A stretch of 64,000 nucleotides of DNA. Source: Amoeboaphelidium protococcarum X5 (Eukaryota; Fungi; Aphelidiomycota). Shown piece after piece: positions 52,202 to 64,000 of this stretch (positions are counted from its first letter, which is position 1; every line of letters begins with the position of its first letter). The notes below the pieces were generated by a model, which saw only the letters and a list, made by a program, of their open reading frames with translations, made no database searches and was not told where the DNA came from. The stretch is from NCBI GenBank assembly GCA_023515725.1, contig JALDTO010000179.1:62001-126000 (forward strand). The letters are read 5' to 3'. The position numbers were made by a program, and so were the translations under genes.

Positions 52202-54694
52202 TCAAGTAGAGGAATTAGAGGAGGAGGAGGAGGAGGAGATTGAGAGCAGCTGATCGAATGATATGGGCTCAAAGTCAGGCTTGGAATCCTTGGTCACTTT
52301 CCACAGATAAATGACATCACCGTCAGTATATATAATTTAACCACCAAAATTAAACAGAACGCGACCACCAGAATCCGACTAGCCTGTTGGATAGAAGAGA
52401 ATTCCATTCTTATCAGCCAGATACCGCAACGTTTCTTTCATGCTTAAACGTGTAGGATGCGCGTTGATCAGCTTTCTTCTATTGCTAGATGATGATGATT
52501 TGATACTTTCAGAATGTTATTATTGATATGGCTTGGAGAAACGGTCATCCATAAATCCCACAACCGAGCCACTGCGCAATTTATAATTCACCATGTCAAC
52601 GACATCATTGAGCATTTACTCAATCTCTGGCATTAAAAGCATATACTCTGCGAACAAGGCCTGAATGCTGGATTTTTATTAAAGTACTTTGTCTATAACT
52701 AAATTATCATCATCATCATCATGACTCCCTCCATCTTTGAGAAGTATATAACAGTGATGCATTAACTAGGGATAAAAGTATTACTCCATCAGACTTAAAA
52801 TAGCAGATGATCTTAGCAGAGGAGACCATTTAAACAGTATTTAGAACTGTAAGTCAAATGTATCAAAGTCTATATGTGCAAAAGATATTCTTAGTTTTGA
52901 GATGACAACATTATCGACTAGTCTGTTAATAGTATCACCATGTAAAACATCCAACCAAGGCTCAAGAGTTTCAAATCCACAATCCATAAAGATGTCATCC
53001 TGCTGCAGCGAGTTATAAAGTTCACCAACGACAAACTCTGTAATTTCTTCCAACTGATTCTACCCCAGAAAGGGAAGCCATTAAAATATCCAGCTCATAA
53101 CATCTTGGATCTAGGATAATTTGAGCTCTTCCATTATCATTGGCTAAACGATGGTATCTAATAAATCATCCATTATTGCCTGAGGCACTATCTGTTGCCA
53201 TCTAATAAATAAATCTGTCAAGAGTTACGGCTTTTTTATATCTAGGTGATTAATAACATAACGGCGAACGACCGGAAGCCAGCAGGTGAACATTAAATGC
53301 TCATAAGGTGTCATTTATCTCTCTTGAATCTCTTCATGTTCAACCATTTCTTCACTCTCGACTCTTATTACAGGCATCCACGAGGATACGATACCAATTA
53401 ATTCAGTTTCAATCGAATGAGATAAATCTTGCTCTACAATAAGTGACCACTACTAGAATATTCTCTTAAAATCAGGCAAGACTATTCCAACCAGGCACTC
53501 ACTGGTTTAACGTTTATCACCGTCATTCAGATCTAAAATTTGAATTTAATTGAAGATTTCATCATATTATGACACCATCAACCTTTACTCTTAGTCTTGC
53601 GAATTGAAAGCGACTCTAAACCCTGCTAATAACTACTGTAGTAACGAATAATTCTATTAAGTCAGCTAAAAAGTAGATAACTACTGTTACGCATACTCTA
53701 TTTAATCCAATACTCGGCATTTCTAATCTTATAATTACTTTAGAACTAGTTCAGCATTATCTAATCGCCTCTCAATCTTTTCAATTTCACTCAATTTACC
53801 CAGATCATCATGCCGCATACCATCAACATCAGCATCATACTCTAATCCTGATACAGAATCACCTCCAAGATTTATATCGTGAAACCTAGTATGCTCAACA
53901 ACGTCTTGTCCCGTGTAATCATAAATCTTCAACAAATCTCCACCACCTAAGTCAGTCTTGAAATGAACTTTACGTTTCTACTACTTACTTTAAACACTCT
54001 TTCTGACATACGACTTATCATACATGCTTTCATCATCATCGTCATCATCATCATCATCGTCTGGTACAATCTTTTACCTTTTCTGAGTCTTGGAAGACTA
54101 TTACTTTTACGATTACCTCGGTTATTATTACTAAGACTTGGATTAAGATTAACCAAATCCAATACCTTTACCGCGTTATCTCAGCTCCACCTCAACTGGA
54201 TTAACTATACCTTTCCGATCTTCACTTGCGCCAATCCCACTACCCACTTTCCACCCCATCTTCTATAGCAATTTACTTCCAATACCTTTCGTTCGCTTCT
54301 CCCAACTTCCAATATCATTCTATGTATTAAATGCGGCTTCATATTGTATCTGATCTTCATCTTTCCCAGATTACAACTACCATTATGCCGACTGATCCAC
54401 CAAAGACTTGCTCGATCCAAACTATAACGGTAACTGATATTACTGAAACTATTACTTATCATTATCCTCATTCATACCAGAATAATCATCTGCTGATGAA
54501 CTCTAATCCTCAGTATCTTCTAACTTATCTATAATATTCATATCATCAGACTTGACAGTATCATCCATCTAAGTGGTGGTGGGAACGAAACTCACTGGCT
54601 TGAATGGATCAAATAATAGTCCACCACCATGCTGCACATCTTCTTCCACATCAGACTCTCCATATATATGCTACTACTTTCTCTTACTAGTCAT
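52202..54694 (-). CDS. TFIP11: Spliceosome disassembly G-patch protein TFIP11/Ntr1/Spp382
   Basis: G-patch IGSKLLQKMGWKVGSGIG...GIVNPV...GKGIGF, then a GCFC-like region (EHLMFTCWLPVVR, WLPFLG). 830-aa frame. Confidence 0.85.
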
Positions 54695-55126
54695 ATGATT
54701 ATATGGAGTCAGTTGAAATAATTAAAATTTTACAATATAAAGAGGGATAATATAGTTGACGCGTATCAATGAATGATAGGTGAAGATGAGAAGAGAAGAG
54801 AGACGTTGAGAATGGCTTAGAGAAGGAACGCCTACAGTATAATGCTTAAAGTGGGCTGTAAACCTTCAATTCCCCAATAGCAAAGAATTAACATTCATAA
54901 TCGCTCACACAAAAAACCTTATAGATTAAACTTATTCTGCTTATTCATAAAAAGCGAATGGACACACGTTCTTGAGGCGGATGATTTCGATTGGATTCGA
55001 TCATTTTCTCCTTCGCTGATCGTCGTCTCTTTTAGATCGCGATTGATTAGGATTTGACTATACACCTAGTAAACCATCTTACTTTACCCTCTGGATTCGA
55101 CTCTTGTTTGCAACACTGAAAGGATT

Positions 55127-56251
55127 ATGACTTAGTAGTAGACAGCTAGCGAAACTTCAATCAACACTGGTAGTAATTGGAAGAATATCAACAATTGGCA
55201 CTGGGTGAGTAAGGACTGTCTGCCGTGGTCTGCAGATTATCTTCGCACCCACTTGACGGGGTTGACGTGCACAGATACCAAGTCTAATACCAAGCTGTCG
55301 GTTGCGTCTGTTGATTCTGTGAAGGGCGATGTGGATTTAAATGTACGCAAGGGGAAGGTGATTTACATCTTTGATTTGCAGGTGAAATTGAATGTTCATG
55401 TCATGGATGCTGGCAGTGCCGGTGATTAGGTGGGCAGTGCTGAGGTGGAGATTAGCGAAGCCTTTCACGATTCTGAATTGGATGATTATCTGTTGGACAT
55501 CACCGTCAAAGATCTCAAGGATGGCCGCAATGCTGCTGATGTGAAGAAGATCATCAAGTCCCAGTTGATACCACAAGTTCACGAGACGCTGGTTGAGTAA
55601 TTCCCTAAAGCTTTGGTGGATGAACATGGCGAGACTTTGCTTGTCAAAAGTGCTTCTCCCACCTCTCAATAATAATCTTAGTCTAAAGGATCGGAGTAGG
55701 ATGATTCCAAGAGCTAGTAGTAGAAAGTTACTTAAGAATTCAAGTGCGGCACAGTAGCATCCTCTTAAACTTCCTCATACTCACAGCAGTCCAATAGTAG
55801 TAAATACAAAAAGAGCCAATTTAGCACCAAGACAGAGTTCAAGTGCAGTAAAGCTGATTTGGTGGCCAGTTTATTCCAACCTCAGCGCGTCAAAGTTTGG
55901 ACCGGTGATTCTTCAGCTGTTATTGGTCTGTAGAAAGGATTGCAATGGCGTATCTATGGCAATGGAATTAACGGTTAAATTCTGGATGTGATTCTTAAGA
56001 ATCAGAGCACTTCAAACTCTGTTGATTATGACAGCGTCGACAAAGTTGTACTCTCCTGGTCGTTGAGTTCATGGGAATCCGCTGGCTATGAGCCATCTAA
56101 AGTAACGCTCACCTTTGATCAAGGCTCTGATTCCACCACTATCCACGTCCAGCACGATAATGTGCCGTTTGTTGAAGAGGAGCAGATCAAGTAGAACTGG
56201 AGTGCAATGTACTTTGACAAGATTAAGTACGTCTTTGGATACGTGATTTGA
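55127..56251 (+). CDS. AHA1: Hsp90 co-chaperone Aha1
   Basis: NINNWHW motif, NVRKGKVIYIFD and a C-terminal AHSA1/START-like domain. Confidence 0.92.
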
Positions 56252-56418
56252 TTCAATTGGGGTATCGTGAAAGCAATAAATACACCTATCTTTAAGACTA
56301 ATGATGCAAGTTGCTAAAAGATTTTAAAATCTAAAGTACTAACTTTTAGAGAGACAAACGAAATTACATACGGTACTGTTATACTTCAAAGAAGGAGGAA
56401 GCTATCTGAACATCAGGA

Positions 56419-58275
<1,857 letters not shown>

Positions 58276-58682
58276 CTTATCTTGATCGCTTATTAATGCA
58301 ATTCACTCTTAATAATACTTTAGAAATTTTAGTTGAAGCAATGGATGATGATATAAATAGAGAAGAATTACAAAGGGGCACTACGTGATAGCCGATGAGA
58401 TCAAATCAGGATGGTTTAAGCAGAGAGAAGAAGAAGGGAAAGCGAAGGAGAGATCTTTTTGCAGCGGCGAAAGCTCCCTTGAAATGATGCGGTGGCGAGA
58501 GTTGGAGGCGACATCACGTCATTTGGGCACAAGATCTCGGCGTTATATTTCATGTTCTTTTGATAATGATGACCATTTATTGTAAGATATTAGATGTTGA
58601 AGCAGAATTATTGACGTTTAATATAACAGATGGAATAATTTTCTTCCTTATACACTGACATATAGTGGGAAAGTCAAAGTTT

Positions 58683-60413
58683 TCATTGTTCTTGCTTCAA
58701 GAGACGTTCAGATTCGTCAATTTCCGGTTAATCTTCCAAATTATCACCATTTTTTAAAGTATCGCCACTTAGAATTTATGAGGCAAAACTTTCAATTTAA
58801 TATGGAGTATTCTACTAAAGATTAGAATTGCATTATGAGACGATAGTACTCGAACCAAGGCTATTTGAGCTTTCATCGCTAGTTATGATATTATCGCAAC
58901 TCATCATCCCCTGCTTCTCTAGCTGATTAACACGATTTTCATTATCCATCAAGTGCTCATATTCACCTTTATCCAAATACACTTCTCTTCTCGTTTTATG
59001 TCTGACTGTAGATTTACGTCTAATTCGGACAGCTTTTCGCTGAACTTTATGCTTAAAACCGTGCTCAAAGCTATTGATCTGTTTCTATTACACGCTGATT
59101 TAATTCCCATCAAGACATTATGGCATCAATTAAGTATCAGTAGGTGGAATCATGTCTGTCTCATCCAAGATGTCCGAACCAATCATCCGCTCAATTATAT
59201 CTTCCATGGTGACTATTCCGATAGCAGAATGTTCACTGTAGCCTTTAGTTTTTTCAATGATGATTGCTAGATGACATCTGGCCTCTCTCATCTTGCGGAG
59301 TGCATCAAATGCCTCCATATGACCGGCTAAATGTAAACAGCGTACTACTGCGTGACTCTTCACATCTCTAATACGGCAGGTATGCTCTTTATCAGTAATA
59401 CTTCCCTCGAAGCGACTACATATCAATCTCTTTACAAGCAAATTACCGATAATGTTAGATCGATTAGCCTTGAACACTGGTATTCTACTATAGCCAAGAG
59501 CATTAATCACTTTCAAAGCATCATTGTCAAGTACCGTGTCTATATCAAGAACAAAGGCTTTATCCAGAGGAGTCATTAACTATTAAATCTGCATGGACTT
59601 CACATCGAGAACGCTTTTGATCACACGAACCTCGTCTTGAGACAAATCACCCAACTAAGCCTTACTATGCATATCTACAAGCTCTTTCAGTTCTGCGCGC
59701 CTGTACACTACACCTGTATGAGTACCAAGAACAAGAGTCAGTAATTTAGCGATAGGCCAAGCTATAGGATAGAGAATGAACATCAATATGCGAACGAGCC
59801 AAGCCATTCGCGCACCAATGACCAAACCGTGACGACTACACACTGCCTGCGGTATAATCTCCGCAAACAGAACAATAAGAGCTGTAGAGATTATCACAGC
59901 GTACAAGCCACCACCAGCTATCAGATCATCAAATAGTATAGGAAGTGTCTCATTAGCAAGCATGTTGGCTATTAACAGAGTACACAATAATAAATGACCC
60001 TTCTTCCTAAGTGGCTCCACTAGAGCAGCATATTGCTTCTACTCCTCTGAACCACTTCTCCTTATGATACGCAGCGAGTTCTCATCCAGAGACATGTAGC
60101 CAAGCGTAAGGCCAGATACCACAGCGCCCAGCAGAAGTAACAACAGGATGGCACCCAATCTCCAATAGAATGCCAAGCTACCGACAGGAATAGCAGACTA
60201 AGCTGACGAAGAATTAATACCGTTGGTTATCAAGAGATGCGATACATTTTTATCATCCTTACTTTGCAGTAATTAACCATGGTCATGATGGCGATCACTA
60301 TGATGTCGATCCGATGATAATCTGTTCGGATATGGAACAGCAACAACTAAGCCAACCGTATAAATAATAGCAAATATAAGCGATGTGAAGCGTATCCTAG
60401 TCACTGCTTTCAT
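58683..60413 (-). CDS. CNNM/Mam3-like DUF21-CBS metal transporter
   Basis: SGLTLGYMSLD, HLLLCTLLIANMLANETLP, FAEIIPQAVC, MTPL, GYSRIPV and GIVTMEDIIE. Confidence 0.92.
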
Positions 60414-60660
60414 TTTATAATATACGATACTTTTTTCAAGAGACCACAAGGTATATAATAATGAAATTTAGGGAGCGAGAAACGATTACGCGGAGATCGT
60501 TGTCGCGACCGCCTGATCCTTTCAAGCAATGGAACGATGAAACAACTCTCTCTCATTCACTCACTCTTTCTCGTCTTGTCTCTATTTTCCTTCGTTATGA
60601 TCATTCCATCCCTTGTCAGAAGTAGAGATTACGTCGCTCCATATTTTATTTGCGCGTATA

Positions 60661-63037
60661 ATGAGTAAAGTCAGTATAGCTTATGAATTACCTTTGACTG
60701 AATATGGAGTGGGGCATCGTCTTGGTGTGAATAGTATCGTGTCAGTAGACGATTTGGTGTACTCTGGTGGTAAAGATGGTTAAATTATACGTTGGTCTCT
60801 AGAATATAACAATAAAGCTTCAAATGTACTTTGTTTATTAATGAATCACAATCTAAAAGTATCTTTATAATCTCAATGTAGTTGAAGATTAAATCATAAA
60901 ATGCATGGCAAGCACATCATCATTGGATCAATGATTTATAGTTTGCTAATCAAGCATAAACGCGTAACTATTTAAAGACTTGAAAGTCTTACATTGATTG
61001 TTTTCTTATGATATCTATGTAGTGGTATCTGCTAGTTCTGATGCTACGATTAAATGCTGGAATCTTTCAGACTCGCTCAAGAATGACCTTTAATGTTCTA
61101 CAGTACTTACAGGACACGTTGACTTTGTAAAGAAAATTGCTGTTCCTTTTAATAACGGGCATTAATTAGTTTCTACCGGACTTGATGGTAGAGTTATTAA
61201 ATGGGATCTGAATGTAGAAAATGGCGGTGCTGTAGGTAAATTTGTGAACATTTGTATTTTTCAATAGCTTTGCTTTGATGATTGTGTGTAGATCTTGTCC
61301 GCGGGCATTTGAGTAATCTGGAGTCTAATTACTCGTTATCAACGTCTTAGGATGGTAATATTGTATGTGCTGGAAGTTTCAAAGGGGTAATATATTCCTA
61401 TTTCGTAATGGCCATTATAGTTTAATAACTTTTAGTGTGTTCTGCACTTTGTAGATGATTAATATCATTGATCCAAGATTGGAACACACCGCACATTCTC
61501 TTAAAGCACATAATGCGTCTGTAAGGAGTCTATTAAGTTCTGCCGATGGATAAACTTTAATTTCTGCCAGTTCAGACAAAACTGTCAAAATTTGGTCGCT
61601 GCGTATGATGCGATGCCTCTAAACAATATGCGACTTTGAGGATTCAGTCTTTGAGTTATCTTCACAATCCTAACATGATAATGTCGATTCGGATTTGTCT
61701 CAATTTTATGCTGGGTGCCGTGATGGTTCTATTTGGCATTTTAGACGTCGCCGAAGTGGTGCTCAAGAATATATCGATCATGTGGTGGCGTTGAATGAGC
61801 GACCTATCGCTGCTCTGTGCTGGCTTCCACATCGTAATTACTTGGTGTGTGGAACAGATTAGTCAAAAGTTGAGTTGTGGGATAGTTCTGTGGATTTAAG
61901 CGGTGACGATGATCTTCTTATACCAGCTATAGAGCCCATAGCTCAAAGTTAGTGTCATGACGGTATTCATAAACAGCTCATGTTGGACGATCGCGTGTCC
62001 GTTTTGACCATGGCCATATCTGGAAATGTCTAATTGGTAAATATTATTTATGGCCAAGTGGTTAAGTAGTACGAAAAAATGAACAATAAAGATTTTGAAG
62101 CGTTGTACAACAGACTCAACCAATCCAGCGACTGGTGCGCGCAATGGTGCAACGTTGAATGTGTCAATGGACTCTTAAGAGTCATTCTGAATGAGATGAA
62201 AGCTTTCGATGGTGAACTTTATGAGAGTGCTATTAGGAAATCCTCGTCTTCTCATGCTGATGGCTAAGATATGCGAGTGATAGTTGGAAAGCTTGTACTG
62301 TCTTCATTACTTAAAGCTTATATAGATTGGAAGTAGATGACGCAAAGTTCTGATGGAGTCGCCAAGCTTGAAGGATAAGAGAAAAAGTTTCTTGTCAAGT
62401 TCTTACCTGATACTAATCTTATGCTTTAGATGGATCATAACGATGCATGTGTCCCTGTTTAGATATTTTCATGCAAACTGGGTGATGTGAAGTAGAATTT
62501 CTAGTTACTGGACAAATATCTTCCCATTTGGATTGACACCTACATTATAAAAGTATTATATGCTTGTTTTGAGGCTTCTTCTGAAATATCGCGCCCTAAC
62601 TTGTAGGATGTTCCAATTCAAAAAGATATTGTGAAGATATCATTTACCGTACTGCCCCACTCTAAGAGTGCTCTACCTCGTCTATCATAATCGTATGCTC
62701 CTTTATCCATCAAATTATATACTGATCAACATTTTGTGTAGAAAAGATAAGCTGGTTACTAATAGAATGATTTAATTGGCTAAAATCGTAGACTTTATCG
62801 CTGAAGATTTAAGCCAAAGTCACAAGACTCTATTCGGTAACAAGGATTTGAAAAAGTCTCTTATAATTTTGCTCAATGACCAGGTAGGGCACTGAATTGA
62901 ATGACGATGAGATACATTATTATTACGCGTGTTTGTAGATTTTGGATTATCAACTGACTTTGGCGACTATTAAGTACAAGCGATTCAGTGGTAGTGAATT
63001 GATTCTTCATTACGCAGAATAGCAAGAGCTCCAGTGA
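60661..63037 (+). CDS. WDR48: WD40 protein WDR48/UAF1-like (USP activator); about seven short introns
   Basis: HRLGVNS, HHHWINDL, GHVDFVKK, SSDKTVKIW, WCAQWCNVE, VKISFTVLP and C-terminal LTLATIKY...ELILHY. Confidence 0.82.
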
Positions 63038-63282
63038 TATTGATTGTGGTTTGTGTGAATATTGTATGTACAAGAATACATCCATTCCTTTTACCAAAGT
63101 TAAAACGTCCATCGTCAAAAGTTGTTTGTAGTTTGATTCGATTGAAATTTAATTTCGTTTCACTTCGCGTCGCGTCGAAAACTTTTCCCCTGTGCGGATT
63201 TCCATTTCTTGTTTCTCCACTCCATTCAGTCTCCTGAAAACTAGATATCATTTAGAATATTAAAGTCACCTAGTTCAAAGGA

Positions 63283-64000
63283 ATGACGTTAGAACTTACT
63301 GTAGATAAAGAAAATGAATAGCATCTGTATGTTGGAAATGTTTAGTATCCTAATAAAAAGTTGAAACAATTTCCGAATTCAGATATATTGGATACCGTAG
63401 CATTGCCGGACAAGTCTCACTGCGCGAAACTCAATTTACACCAATCCTCTCCTCATCAGGCCCCAACTCGAAATTATCCCATGATTGACACTCTTGCTGA
63501 AGATTCAATTCTGAATGACTTTGATGATAATGACTTCACATCCCAATAATTGTTGAATAAACGCCTCTCTATTGGCCCTGGGAAAGATCCACTCAAGTTT
63601 TCGCCTTTGAAACGCGATGATGCCTCAACACCTGACTGCTATCCTAACTTTCATGAATTGGCTAAAGACTCACAGATTGTCTAGCTTGGGGATAAAGTTG
63701 CTGATGGCGTGGCCAACTCTACCACTGCTGCTGTAGCTGAAGATTAACACAGTGCTCTGAAGAAGACTGCACATGTTCGCTTTACATCTGACGAAGATCG
63801 TTTGATTGAAGATGGAATATTCAAGTTTGGTCATGATTGGCCATAAATTGTCTAGTGGGCAAAGCTGAAGCGCACTCCTAAGCAAGTTAAAGCGCGTTTT
63901 GAGAGACTTTTGTTGAGTTAGGCCAAAAGAGGTGGTAATATCGAGAGTGCGGCTCTGAATGTGCCCGGAGTTAGACAACAAGATGCTGCTCAAACATCTA
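63283..64000 (+). CDS. Myb/SANT-domain protein, 3' partial
   Basis: Open table-6 frame to the window end with RFTSDEDRLIEDGIFKFGHDWPQI...KRTPKQVKARF. Confidence 0.7.

Noticed and set aside
52217-52240. (GAG)n and other trinucleotide microsatellites, also near 54025-54060
   Set aside because: Explained as poly-Ser and poly-Asp coding tracts within TFIP11.

Overview
Gene-dense eukaryotic DNA from a fungus-related lineage that uses a non-standard nuclear code: TAA/TAG read as Gln and TGA is the only stop (translation table 6). The standard-code ORF track therefore shows only fragments, and all coordinates below come from manual re-translation with table 6. The code, the fungal/opisthokont gene set and the short, sparse GT-AG introns best fit an aphelid such as Amoeboaphelidium protococcarum (inference). 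The window holds about 25 host genes, including DUSP19-like, Munc13/C2, CaMK, RRP41, RhoGAP, IMPACT, AVT transporter, P450, SAPS, GT10, syntaxin, DPM3, CGI121, HIBCH, FAR11, a sensor adenylate cyclase, CHID1, TFIP11, AHA1, GGT, CNNM and WDR48. A ~10 kb mobile island (~22.6-32.2 kb) carries two convergent, apparently intact genes that the ORF track hides. The first is a Dada-like DDE transposase with an embedded DEDDy 3'-5' exonuclease. The second is a 1148-aa protein fusing an N-terminal XPG/FEN1-type PIN 5'-nuclease to a catalytically intact Fanzor/TnpB-like RuvC RNA-guided nuclease module, and it is the most interesting object in the window.
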